A DNA stretch of 64,000 nt from Azolla caroliniana (GCA_043228905.1 JBHGNT010000011.1:22072001-22136000), one strand, 5' to 3'; numbered from the stretch's first letter, positions 1 through 10,847 are shown. The notes: generated by a model not told the origin, from the sequence alone. A program made the numbers and translations.

Positions 1-593
1 GGATCGGAGGCCGGTTCTTTATCTCTCCGACGCGCTTCTTCGTTCAAAATGCTTGTCTTTACCGTTTGTAGGGACAAGTTATCTTCGGTGCAGGAGGTGC
101 TGAGAGTCACCACCAAGTTCTCCCAGCTTGCCGACAATGTACACATCAGGATGATGGCTTGCATTGCATCCTCCAACGGGAACTTGATCGCCGCAAGCTG
201 GTTCACGAATCCCACGAACGTGCTTACGTGTTCCACCATACTCTCGCCGTCCCAGTACTTGAGGTTCACTATCTTCCTCATCAGGGAGGTCCGGTTCAAC
301 GCATTCTTCCTCTCGTAGAGGCCCGACAGCTTTTGCCACATCTCATATGCGTTGGTGTCGTTCGCCACATGTTGTAGAACGCTCACGTCGACGTATTGCC
401 GAATGGTTGCAACGGCTTTCCGGTTCAGAAGCCTCCATTCCGTCTCAAGTACCCCCTTGGGTATTTCCGACCTGTCGATCGGTTCATACAGGTCCCGAAC
501 AATGAGCAGATCCTCCATCTTTATCTTCCAGTCGGCGTAGTTCTGCGCATTCAGCACCATCATCCCCGACCGCTCGCTGCTGCCGCCTTCCAT
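1..593 (-). CDS. gag: Ty1/copia gag N-terminus (UBN2-type), continues beyond the left edge
   Basis: Open frame from ATG at 593: MEGGSSERSGMMVLNAQNYADWKIKMEDLL...EMWQKLSGLYERKNALNRTSLMRKIVNLKY...LSASWENLVVTLS...ILNEEARRR. It has the NY.W motif typical of copia gag and no stop before position 1, which is why it is absent from the ORF track. Confidence 0.9.
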   Translation of the reverse strand, partial: MEGGSSERSGMMVLNAQNYADWKIKMEDLLIVRDLYEPIDRSEIPKGVLETEWRLLNRKAVATIRQYVDVSVLQHVANDTNAYEMWQKLSGLYERKNALNRTSLMRKIVNLKYWDGESMVEHVSTFVGFVNQLAAIKFPLEDAMQAIILMCTLSASWENLVVTLSTSCTEDNLSLQTVKTSILNEEARRRDKEPASD

Positions 594-609
594 TTTCTGC
601 ACTGCAGTT

Positions 610-621
610 GCTCTGATACCA
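610..621 (-). other. Primer-binding site for initiator tRNA-Met (copia)
   Basis: gctctgatacca is the reverse complement of TGGTATCAGAGC and lies 3 nt from the LTR end. Confidence 0.92.
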
Positions 622-624
622 GAT

Positions 625-1286
625 TGTTAGAAATTGACGCTTTCAGAAGCTTCACCTCTCGGCCACAACCGAGGAAACACGAGTCAATGCAGCAGTAAAT
701 CGAAAACACAGAGAGAGACTCGAATGCACAGGGTTTAGCGTGGAAAACCCTAGACGGGAAAAACCACGGGAGTGCAAGACTCCAACTATCACTATACGCA
801 GGGAATGTACAATGGCGAGCTGCAAGGCGACGACCTTGAGCTCGCTGTCCTCGCCACAGGCGGCGGTATTACACAGAGGCGTCGACCTCTTCCTTTCTCT
901 CTCTCTCACTCTCTCTCTCGGCTGTTCTCACTTCGCTCCCTCTAAGTGGAAAACAGAAAAATGAGCAACAACTACAAAACTGTTTGCCCTAAGTCATATT
1001 TATACACATATGACTTTCGGGCTATTTACAAATATAGCCTCAAGGGCCCTTGGCAAACATATTCACAAATATGTCCCCGCATCCGGATCTCTCTCCGGGT
1101 ACATTCGTCATCCGGCTCCGTAGCCGGGGTCTTCATCATCCGGATCCGTAGCCGGGGTCTTCATCATCCGGATCCGAAACCGGGTCTTCATCATCCGGCT
1201 CTGATACCGGGTACTCCTCATTCGGGTCTTCATTCCCGATTCCCGGACATCTGACCATCCCATCCGGAGGGACCGTAATCCCAACA
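625..1286 (-). mobile_element. 5' LTR of the Ty1/copia element
   Basis: TGTTAG...CCAACA termini next to the PBS. Contains about 27-bp tandem repeats (ccggatccgtagccggggtcttcatca) at about 1107-1250. LINE sequence begins immediately to the right. The TSD cannot be checked because the other end is outside the window. Confidence 0.8.
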
Positions 1287-1988
1287 GAAAAGAGCAAGCC
1301 AACACACTCCATGGCACCAGGGGCGGATGGACAATGAGATAGGAAATCAATAACGCTCTACTGATTAGGGAAGCCACTACTCATAGGAGGACAATGGAGA
1401 AATGGATAGGCTACGAGGAGGAGGGATCTTTGATCTCGAGAGGTAGGGGATCACCAGACAGGATCAAAGGCTCTAAATTGTGAGACATTGAGCCACGAAC
1501 ATAGAATAACGCAATTTGAGTACTCACGTATATTGGTCATAAATGGATTGTAGATCCCGATCTGATCAAAGTACAACCCGATTGGCACATATGTACTCAT
1601 GAAAACACATGGCTATGTAAGGTTAGTTGGGACCCTTTGCAATGGACATGGCGTGATCCTTACGTGGAGCAAGGAAGCAAACCCATCCCTTTCTTCTAAT
1701 TGCCAATTAGATTGGGTCACCACATCCTAGCTGCTCAAACTGCCCGAGAGTCGGCTGTTGCAAAGGTCTGGCACGCATATCAAGTTCCTCACACAATTAT
1801 CACCAAGTTTTGGCAGAAAATCTGGTAACAACAACACATGAGGCGAATTACCACGTTCTAATGGCTATTAATACATAAGTCACTACTGGTGGGAGCATGG
1901 CAACGTGGGAACCTTAGCTCTCCCAATTGTGTAGAGTGTCCAAATGGAGTAGAATCAATACGACACGCTCTGTGGGACTGCCCACCGT

Positions 1989-3127
1989 TGTCGTGAAGAT
2001 CCGTCACTAGGCGCGGATCGCGAGGCGGAACCGCCGGGGTTCTGGACCAGAAGGACTCGAAGTTTCCACAAGCTTTAGCGGGAAAGGAATTAAGATAGAT
2101 TGAAAGAGAGAGAGATTGAGATAAGATAGAACGCTTGATTTTAGATTGAGAGAGAGATTAAGAACTCTTGACTTTAGATTTCAAGGACAAGGTATATCAT
2201 CAAAAGGATAACGAATTTTCTTCTTAATATTAATTTTGATTTAAAGTACAAAGCTTTCTTTTATCCCAGAAAATCCCCCATTGATCTTTTTCATTCCCTC
2301 TTTATAGATGCCCTCATGCATTTGAGGGTTCAAGACATGCATCAAATGCATGTTTGCCATTTGGCGCTCATGTATTACATGTGGTGCATGATAACCATGT
2401 CACTCATTTTAGTTCTCATGTATGAGAATTTATATGTAAAAGTACAATGATAGAAATATAATTTCAACTAAATATCTTGGCTTAGTGGTAAGCCAATTGA
2501 CTCCTAACTTGGAGGTGCAAGGTTTGAATCCTTACTTGCCTTCCTTGTATATGTATATATATTTATATATTTATTTATCTAGTCGCCGGATGCCGTTGGA
2601 TGCCGTCGCCGGATGTTATCGGTGGTCGCCGCCTCGCCGGTGCACCACCGAATGTCGGTTCCACTAGCTCGCCAGCTCCGTCGGATCACTGGTTGCCGGT
2701 TGCCGTCGACGCACCGGCTCCATCGCCGGACCGGTTTTGGTTGGCCAAAACCTTTACGAGTGCTATGCCACCTCCACGCTTAGTTCAAGTTACCTTAAAC
2801 TCTCTATGCTCCACACATAAACACAAAGATAATAGCTTGTGCTCTACGTTATATATGATGAGAGCCGTATTTGTCGTGCCTATGTGGGATATCTCACAAT
2901 TTTCTCTTTTCCTTTCACAAACTTTATACCCTTATATCTTGACATCTAGTTGTCCGTTTCTCGTGTAATAAAGTGCATTTGAAAGCTCTTGAAAGCCTCC
3001 ATCATTTTGTACTTAGATATTAAACTTATTTAAAAGGTTATCTTCACTATTATTGTTTTATGTGATGCATACTCAATTTTGTACGTTTTATGTGATTTTC
3101 ACACCATTGTCGAAAATCTTCACGACA
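1989..3127. mobile_element. Solo LTR (1139 bp) inserted in the LINE
   Basis: Perfect 12-bp terminal inverted repeat tgtcgtgaagat...atcttcacgaca. 4-bp TSD ccgt at 1985-1988 and 3128-3131. No coding content. Confidence 0.85.
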
Positions 3128-3237
3128 CCGTCCCATCGAATATGGCGGGGGGTTGGCCGATTGTTGCAATTATGCCAGGTGCAAGGCTCAATCAAGTGGG
3201 AAAATATATGTTGGCTATCATGGCAAACCCCAGTTGG

Positions 3238-3370
3238 TGTCAGGAACTCTATTAAGGCAGAGAAGGAATTAGTACTAAAAGAAGGATTAGTACTATTGTC
3301 GGGGAATAGTACTAAGACAGAGAAGGATTAGTACTATGAGAGGTGTCGAACTTTGAGAGAAGGAATGGGT

Positions 3371-3424
<54 letters not shown>

Positions 3425-3714
3425 TGATGCGAAAGGTATATGTATTATATGAAGGAAGATATACAACAGTAGTTAGAAGGCTTAAGACTGGCGTTGAACC
3501 GATTTGGTTCGAACTAATGCCTTGCGCCTCCTTTTATAGTGTCTTCAGGAATACTCCTGAAGTTTCTAGAATGTTCCAGAGAAATCTGGAATATACATCA
3601 ATTTCCCAATAAAACCTAAATGAAAATAATATCCTTCAAATTACAATTCATAACCTAATGGTAAAGTCTCGACCCGTGTAACAAAAGGTTATGGGTTCGA
3701 GTCTAGTTATGACA
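3238..3714 (-). repeat. 3' LTR of the chromovirus (477 bp)
   Basis: By eye identical to 8562-9018 except (GA)23 versus (GA)13. Confidence 0.97.
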
Positions 3715-6700
3715 CTATCCCCCCTTTAAAACGACGAGTTCCACGAGTCGTTTTGGATTGAGGACCCGGTTTCTCGGGATATCGTCGATGGAAGTCTTCT
3801 AGAAGAGCACGAGCATTGGTCACATTCTCGATTGTTTCCCAAGTACGCTCGCTGGGACTATATCCTAGCCAATCGACTAGATAGTAGAGCTTGTTGCGAA
3901 CAATCTTGGAATCGAGGATGGCAGCGACCTCATACTCAGGTCCATCTTCGAGCTCGATAGGAGGTGGTGGTTGTATAGTACGTCCTGGGATAGTGCTCTC
4001 GTGATAGGGTTCGAGGAGAGAACTATGAAACACCGGATGTATCCGAAGTTGTGGAGGTAGCTCGAGACGAAAAGCGACATCATTAATCTTCCCGATAATA
4101 CGGAAAGGACCTAATCGCCGATAATCCAACTTCTCACATGGGCGAGTAGTCTTGATGTGTCGTCGTAGCAGCCACACCCGATCTCCAATGTTAAAACTGG
4201 ATGGAAGTCGATGACGATCTGCGTAGTCCTTGTGTGATTGTTGAGCTTGCTGGAGTTGAGTAGATAAATCCGCTTGTATCTTGCGTAACCGCTCCAAACG
4301 ATCCTCCGCGCAAGGATTTGTGGACACTTCTGGGGTTTCAAGGACACACCACCGGGGATGATATCCTGTATAAGCGTAGAATGGCGTGACTTTAGTCGAT
4401 GCGTGGATAGCGTTATTATAGGCAAATTCGGCGAACTGAAGAATATCTGCCCAGTCATTCTGATGATAGTTGAGAAAGCACCGCAGATACTGCTCCAGTG
4501 TTTGATTTGTTCGTTCAGCTTGACCGTCGGTTTGTGGGTGGTAGCCGGAGGAGAGGTGACAAGTGACCTTCAACATTTTAAAAAGGTGCTTCCAGAATTT
4601 TGACACAAATTGGGGTCCACGATCGCTGATGATATTATCAGGGAGTCCATGATGCCGACATACTTCCCGCATGACAATTTCGGCGGTGTCTTCACTAGAT
4701 ATTTCTTTAGTACATGGTAAGAAATGAGCCATCTTTGTATATCGATCCACCACTGTGAGAATCGCACTGAATCCCTTAGAGACTGGAAGATCTGTAATGA
4801 AGTCAAGAGCAATGGATTGCCATGGCTTGCTTGGAATTGGTAATGGTTCTAATAAACCATATGGATGATGTCTTGGCATTTTCGCTCTGCAGCATGTATC
4901 GCAAGTCCGAACAAAATCTTCGACAAATTGTCGCATACGGGGCCACCAGAATGATCGTTGTACTAAATCTAATGTTTTAGTACTACCAAAATGTCCTGCT
5001 GTATATGTGTCATGGCAGTTTTGTACTACTTGAAGGCGGCAAGAACCATTAGGAACATACAAAAGTTCTTTAAAGAAGAGTAATCCATCACAGTATTTGA
5101 ATTGCCGATAATCCGTACCTGGTGATTGTGATTGTGAACATGACGCTCGAGAGGGGTCAATTTGTGCTAGTATAGCTTGGGCGAAAGCGTCAGTCTTCAA
5201 GTCCTCACGTATAGTATTGGTAATGTCGGAATCCACGGGCATGTCAAAGACCTGTGCTGCTTGCAGTCGTGCTGGACCCAAGATTACTTGCTTCTGGTTA
5301 TCGAAAGCTGGCTCACCGGGACGTGGTGTTAGATACGAACGCCGTGATAATGCATCTGCCTTCCCTTGGTGCTTCCCCGGACGATATGTAATTTTGAAGT
5401 CGAAGCGTGTGAGGAAGTGGGCCCACCGAGCTTGACGTCGATTCAGTACACGAGCATCTTGAAAGTAGGCAAGGTTCTTGTGGTCACTGAATACAGTGAC
5501 CTGATGAGGAGATCCCTCCAGGAAATGCCTCCATTGCATAAAAGAATCAACTATTGCTAATAGCTCTTTATCATGAATTTCGTAGTTGATTTCGGCGGCG
5601 TCAAACTTACGGGAGTGGAAAGCCACAGGATGTAGCTTCTCGTCGTTACCCTGTTGTGACAGAATGCTCCCCAATGCGAAATCCGATGCGTCAGCTTCGA
5701 TAATGAATGGTTTTTCCGGATCCACATGACCTAAAATTGGAGCTGATGTAAACGCCTTCTTAAGAATCTCGAAAGCCATGTCCGTCTCTTTAGACCAAAT
5801 GAATGATTGTCCCTTCCTGGTGAGCTGTGTGAGAGGCAGCACAATTTTTGAGTAATTTTGTATGAACTTCCGGTAAAAATTTGCAAAGCCTAGGAAGCAT
5901 TGCACATCCCGCACCGAACGCGGAGTGTGCCAATCTATCACCGTTTTGACCTTGGCTGGGTCCATAGATATGCCTTCTGAGGAGATGACATAGCCGAGAA
6001 ACTCCACTTGGTTGCACCCGAAACTACATTTCTCTAACTTTGCATACAGACCATGTTCTCGAAGTCGTTTTAGTACTAATAGTACATGAGAATCATGTTC
6101 TTCTTGGGTCTTTGAATAAACCAGTAGATCATCCAAATAGATGATCAAAAAATCATCCAAGAGATCTCGAAATATATCATTCGCCATGTGCTGGAAGACT
6201 GCCGGCGCATTAGTGAGTCCGAACGGCATGACCGTATACTCGAAGTGCCCATATCTGGTGCGAAACGCGGTCTTCCATTCATCTCCTGGTCGGATCCGTA
6301 CGAGGTTATAAGCTCCTCGTAAGTCGATCTTCGTGAAGAACCTGGCACCGTTGATCCGTTCTAAAAGACTTGAGATAAGGGGAAGAGCATACCTATTTCT
6401 TACTGTGACCTTATTCAAGCCACGGTAATCTACAACGAGTCGAAGCGACCCATCTTTTTTCTTGACGAAGAAAATGGGTGCGCCGGCTGGAGATTTCGAA
6501 TGCCGAATGAAACCGTTCTCCAAATTCTCCTCTATATAGGCTCGAAGGACTTCTAGCTCGGTTGGTGACAAATTGTAGATCGGCCCCCATGGCGGCTCTT
6601 TTCCCGGTTGTAAGTCGATGGCGCAATCGTACGGCCGATGATGAGGAAGTGTGTTGGCTTGTACTTTATCGAACACATCAGCATACTGACGATACTTCTC

Positions 6701-7303
6701 GGGAAGTTGAACGGTGGACTCCTCTTTGGTGGTACTGGAGGGTTGTACTGATATTGCGAAGAGAAACATTTCCTCCTTGCGCCCTTCCTCACGCAACTGA
6801 CGTAGCGAAATGGTTGCAACCTTCTGGGTAGATCCTTGGGTTTGTCGCAACCGGATTTCCCTTGTCCTCCAATCTATGTCTGGGTTATGTAACTCGAACC
6901 ATGGTAATCCTAAAACTATGGGATGTTCTGGAATACTAATAATATTAAATGATACTACACATGTTAAGTTATCTAGGACAATATTAACGGGTTCCGACTC
7001 TTCTATGATATTACCAGAAGCAATGGGACGACCATCAATGACTACTACTGAGGCTGGACATGGGAGCTTTCTGAGAGATATCTGATGAGCTCGGGCAAAA
7101 TTCCTATCCATGAAGCAAGAATTAGCTCCGGAATCTAGAAGGGCTAAGGTATGTACTGGAGGGGTACTTTTAGTACTAACTGCTACTTGGGCTACGAACA
7201 CATCACTAACTTGCTTAGAGGGAATGGAACCACTAATGGGCTGCACAGATCTAGGGCTGTCCAACCAAACGGCTCCTATTTTGGCTGGACTTAGTCGTTT
7301 AAC
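3707..7303 (-). CDS. pol: Pol (PR-RT-RH-IN-chromodomain), in the -1 frame relative to gag
   Basis: Motifs LLDSGA (protease), YLDD (RT), ADASDFALG (RNase H), HHCC plus DRG..E (integrase), GPF, and a C-terminal chromodomain EYEVAAILD..YLVDWLGY..RTWE. The frame stays open upstream of the tracked TTG to the GTTAAAC site. The stop lies inside the 3' LTR. Confidence 0.96.
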   Translation of the reverse strand, partial: VKRLSPAKIGAVWLDSPRSVQPISGSIPSKQVSDVFVAQVAVSTKSTPPVHTLALLDSGANSCFMDRNFARAHQISLRKLPCPASVVVIDGRPIASGNIIEESEPVNIVLDNLTCVVSFNIISIPEHPIVLGLPWFELHNPDIDWRTREIRLRQTQGSTQKVATISLRQLREEGRKEEMFLFAISVQPSSTTKEESTVQLPEKYRQYADVFDKVQANTLPHHRPYDCAIDLQPGKEPPWGPIYNLSPTELEVLRAYIEENLENGFIRHSKSPAGAPIFFVKKKDGSLRLVVDYRGLNKVTVRNRYALPLISSLLERINGARFFTKIDLRGAYNLVRIRPGDEWKTAFRTRYGHFEYTVMPFGLTNAPAVFQHMANDIFRDLLDDFLIIYLDDLLVYSKTQEEHDSHVLLVLKRLREHGLYAKLEKCSFGCNQVEFLGYVISSEGISMDPAKVKTVIDWHTPRSVRDVQCFLGFANFYRKFIQNYSKIVLPLTQLTRKGQSFIWSKETDMAFEILKKAFTSAPILGHVDPEKPFIIEADASDFALGSILSQQGNDEKLHPVAFHSRKFDAAEINYEIHDKELLAIVDSFMQWRHFLEGSPHQVTVFSDHKNLAYFQDARVLNRRQARWAHFLTRFDFKITYRPGKHQGKADALSRRSYLTPRPGEPAFDNQKQVILGPARLQAAQVFDMPVDSDITNTIREDLKTDAFAQAILAQIDPSRASCSQSQSPGTDYRQFKYCDGLLFFKELLYVPNGSCRLQVVQNCHDTYTAGHFGSTKTLDLVQRSFWWPRMRQFVEDFVRTCDTCCRAKMPRHHPYGLLEPLPIPSKPWQSIALDFITDLPVSKGFSAILTVVDRYTKMAHFLPCTKEISSEDTAEIVMREVCRHHGLPDNIISDRGPQFVSKFWKHLFKMLKVTCHLSSGYHPQTDGQAERTNQTLEQYLRCFLNYHQNDWADILQFAEFAYNNAIHASTKVTPFYAYTGYHPRWCVLETPEVSTNPCAEDRLERLRKIQADLSTQLQQAQQSHKDYADRHRLPSSFNIGDRVWLLRRHIKTTRPCEKLDYRRLGPFRIIGKINDVAFRLELPPQLRIHPVFHSSLLEPYHESTIPGRTIQPPPPIELEDGPEYEVAAILDSKIVRNKLYYLVDWLGYSPSERTWETIENVTNARALLEDFHRRYPEKPGPQSKTTRGTRRFKGGIVS

Positions 7304-8460
7304 TCTTCTTCTAATTGGCTAAGGACATCAAATTTGTTTGCGAGATTCGGACTATTAGTACTATTAGGACTATTATGACTATGAGGACTATCAGAGATTC
7401 CTACTGAAATAGACTCGGGTTTAGTATAGTCAGAACTAACAACGACTTGGTTTACCTGCCTTCTTGGTCTATGGGGACAGTTTATCGCGATATGCCCTGG
7501 TCCACCGCAATAAAGGCATAATCGGTTTGTTCGGCGTCGTTGCTTTTCCTCCTCCGATAGCGGCCCACGACGACGTGTAGTGTCAATTTCCATTGGAGTT
7601 GGAGTACTTACTGGAGGCGCATTATGTGACTCCCTTTGAAAAGGTTTTGCTACCACTGAGGCATAGGTAGGCTCGGATCTTGCCCTCGGCATCTGAAATT
7701 GTCGTTCCGAACGTCGCTCGAAGAGGCGGTTGTCACATCTGACCGCTCGACTGATTGCTTCTGTTAATGATTTTGGCTCTTCAGGGAAAGTCAAGAGTAA
7801 ATCCTTGACATCGTTGCGTAGACCATAGCGGAACTGCTCCATCAATGCTTGATCATCCCAGGGGATATCGGCGGCGAGTAGGCGGAAATCTGCAGCATAT
7901 GCGGAGGCTGGACGGTCACCTTGGCGTAATCGCCGGATTTTGTTGATTGCAGTCCTTATGCTGTCAGTATCTCCAAAACATGCTTTAAACTCACTTATGA
8001 ATTCTTCAAAATTATTTAGTACTGGAGATTCCTTTTCTAGTAGCGGAGCGAACCATGCTAATGCTGAGCCATTTAACAACGTGCCTACTAAACCCACTCG
8101 TGATGCATCGGTGGGATATCGGGACGGATGCATTTGAATAACTAACCGTACCTGGTTAAGAAACCCTCTAAACTGCGATCGCGTTCCATCGAACTTTGTG
8201 GGAAGGCCAATCTTGGGTTCTTTATGAATCCCTTGTGCTCCGTGCCCTTGTTGTTGCATTGCTACGATGGTTGCTTCGAGTTGTTGCACGCGTAACGCAA
8301 GTTCCCCATGCTGTTGTTGCGTTTGCTGCTTTTCTAAGGAAATTTGCTGAAGATCCCCCAACAAGCGTTGATTTTCTTGTTCCAAAGCATGAAACTTCTC
8401 TTTCAAGCATTGAAATTCCGAGAAAACGGATTGATACTCTTCAGCGCTAACGGTGGCCAT
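7291..8460 (-). CDS. gag: Gag of the chromovirus (PEG10/sushi-like capsid, CCHC knuckle)
   Basis: 389 aa with an N-terminal coiled coil, P.KFDG.R..FRGFL, LRQG and CLYCGGPGHIAINC. Confidence 0.96.
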   Translation of the reverse strand: MATVSAEEYQSVFSEFQCLKEKFHALEQENQRLLGDLQQISLEKQQTQQQHGELALRVQQLEATIVAMQQQGHGAQGIHKEPKIGLPTKFDGTRSQFRGFLNQVRLVIQMHPSRYPTDASRVGLVGTLLNGSALAWFAPLLEKESPVLNNFEEFISEFKACFGDTDSIRTAINKIRRLRQGDRPASAYAADFRLLAADIPWDDQALMEQFRYGLRNDVKDLLLTFPEEPKSLTEAISRAVRCDNRLFERRSERQFQMPRARSEPTYASVVAKPFQRESHNAPPVSTPTPMEIDTTRRRGPLSEEEKQRRRTNRLCLYCGGPGHIAINCPHRPRRQVNQVVVSSDYTKPESISVGISDSPHSHNSPNSTNSPNLANKFDVLSQLEEELND

Positions 8461-8561
8461 GGGATGAAGGAAAAGGGAAATAAGAGACTAATAGGAAAGG
8501 AGGGAGACAGAAGGAAGAGGGAGAGAAAAGACCAGACAGGCACCGAGAAATCGGTTCAAAC

Positions 8562-9018
8562 TGTCAGGAACTCTATTAAGGCAGAGAAGGAATTAGTACT
8601 AAAAGAAGGATTAGTACTATTGTCGGGGAATAGTACTAAGACAGAGAAGGATTAGTACTATGAGAGGTGTCGAACTTTGAGAGAAGGAATGGGTGAGTGA
8701 GAGAGAGAGAGAGAGAGAGAGAGAATGATGATGCGAAAGGTATATGTATTATATGAAGGAAGATATACAACAGTAGTTAGAAGGCTTAAGACTGGCGTTG
8801 AACCGATTTGGTTCGAACTAATGCCTTGCGCCTCCTTTTATAGTGTCTTCAGGAATACTCCTGAAGTTTCTAGAATGTTCCAGAGAAATCTGGAATATAC
8901 ATCAATTTCCCAATAAAACCTAAATGAAAATAATATCCTTCAAATTACAATTCATAACCTAATGGTAAAGTCTCGACCCGTGTAACAAAAGGTTATGGGT
9001 TCGAGTCTAGTTATGACA
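8562..9018 (-). repeat. 5' LTR of the chromovirus (457 bp)
   Basis: Direct repeat of 3238-3714 with a minus-strand TATAAAA at 8842-8836. Confidence 0.97.
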
Positions 9019-10444
9019 GTTGGCAGATATGAGCATTAGGAGGAGGGAATGACTTTGGTGATAAAAGCACAAGAGGTTTTCTTCTCCACCATCGACAATG
9101 TCCACTCAACTCCTCTTAATGAAAAATCTCACGTTGTGTTGGAATTGGTCAGCCCAATAACTCTTTGGATTCTATGGAAACAACGTGTAGACGGGTCTTC
9201 TCCAACCAAACCGCGCATCTAACAATATTACTGCAAGAGATATGGAGTGAAATTATAGCCACTCTAAAGAGCTAATATGATGGTCTCAAGGGCAGCTCTG
9301 AGGGAGTTGAAAGACAACGAATAACCTTCATCCAACAATGGTCGTCCTCTCCCTTTCTTGAGTTAGTGGGTGTCCACATAAGATGGAACTATCGCGTCCC
9401 TACAAGGATTTGTACATAATAATCTCATTTGTAAAATTTTATAACTAATGGAAGGAGTTTTTTTTTTGGAAAGGAAGAAGAAGAAGAATTCTACTCGGAT
9501 TGTTGTAGGAACAAGATATCACATGTCCTCTTGAAATCTAGGTTTGATAATCTCAAAGCGGTTTGTACAAAAGCTTCTTTGTTTATTTTCCCGAAGACCC
9601 CAAGCGTAGTGAGATGCCATTATCCATATTTCATTCCAATATTCCTCATTAGTAGGGAAGTTGGTTCTTTCATTTATGCCTACACCATAATGTCCCAACA
9701 AAAGCATTTCAATCCACATTATTTGATCTACACATGTGATATAACACATGTCTTATCTTGGAATGGCCAAATGTTCTAATAAAAGCATTTCAAGCTACAC
9801 TTATTTGATTTGCACATAAAGCACATATCTTATTTTGTAATGACTAAGATTTGATCATTTTTATTTATTTAGAGAAGCACGACTTAATAAAGATAAGTAT
9901 GATATGTTGACATCAAATGTGTTTCTTAGCTTTTCATGTAACGGTAGATCCTTCATTCAAGGTAGATATGTATTTTTTAACGTCCACAAGAGCTTGATCG
10001 CTATCTATGAGTTGGGGTGTAGCCCATGGGCTAGGTTCTTTCAATATTATGAATTCGAGGCTACGGTGTAAATCACCAAGCCAACAGATTGTAGCAAAAG
10101 ATAATGTATGTATACAATGTATGAAATGCAAAAGATGAGTGCCTCCCCGGATCCAAAAACACACGGTCTCGACATGTGAATAAGAATATAAAGAGATATA
10201 GGAAAAACGCGAAGCATGAGTGGCTTCTTGGGGGAGGCTCTAAATAGTAAACGAATATCTATGGTAAAACCCAACACATACATACATACTTAATACAAAT
10301 CTGATAGATGATGTAGGTTAAAAAGAGAGGGAGGGAGGAAGAGAGGAAATCTTGAATCGTTTTTTTTTTTATTACATTTAAACAGAAGGGAAAGGTTAAA
10401 AAGAAAAAGAAAGTGCGAAAAAGGCATGAGTCATGAACAAAAAC

Positions 10445-10645
10445 GAGACACAAGAGACAGAGACAAAGAGAGAGAGAGAGAGAGAGAGTGTGTGTGTGTT
10501 GTTAAAACGAGGAAGAGCAAGCGCCCAAAATTAGAAGTGATTCCAAAACTAGTAAGTAGTAGCAGCAGAATGAACTAATTTTAACTACTACCACTCCAAA
10601 TTTAGGGCTGCTTCCCCTCCCCCTCTCTGCCTCTGTCTCTGTCTC
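10445..10645. promoter_or_regulatory. Cluster of TGTCTC/GAGACA auxin-response-element hexamers upstream of the SAUR
   Basis: GAGACA at 10445, 10454 and 10460; TGTCTC at 10634 and 10640. They may simply be degenerate GA/CT microsatellite. Confidence 0.35.
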
Positions 10646-10784
10646 TGCAGGAAGACTGGTAACAGTACTACATACATACATACATACTAGTAACGGTCAA
10701 ATCCCAACAAAAAAAAAACCAAGAGATAGAAATATAGTCTTCTTCTTCGCACGAACTCTGCCCACTTTCCTTTCCCTCTCTGCT

Positions 10785-10815
10785 ATGGCCTTTCTCTGTA
10801 GCTTTGGCCTCTGCT

Positions 10816-10847
<32 letters not shown>

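Larger units (their letters stand above)
3238..9018 (-). mobile_element. Intact Ty3/gypsy chromovirus (Tcn1/Tf1-sushi-like)
   Basis: Two LTRs with TG..CA ends, perfect 5-bp TSD gttgg (3233-3237, 9019-9023), intact gag and pol, and PPT aaaggggggatag (minus strand) next to 3715. Confidence 0.97.
1290..9489 (+). mobile_element. Degenerate L1-like LINE 3' portion in three pieces (1290-1988, 3128-3237, 9019-9489)
   Basis: Colinear with the LINE copy at about 40230-41482. Contains the zf-RVT-like CVEC...H.LWDC motif, in-frame stops and the family tail taatggaaggagt(t)nggaaa. The pieces rejoin exactly when the two inserted elements and their TSDs are removed. Confidence 0.9.

Noticed and set aside
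3373-3612. ERERER-type ORFs here and at 23646, 33670, 13078 and 62650
   Set aside because: They are translations of GA/CT microsatellites, mostly within LTRs.
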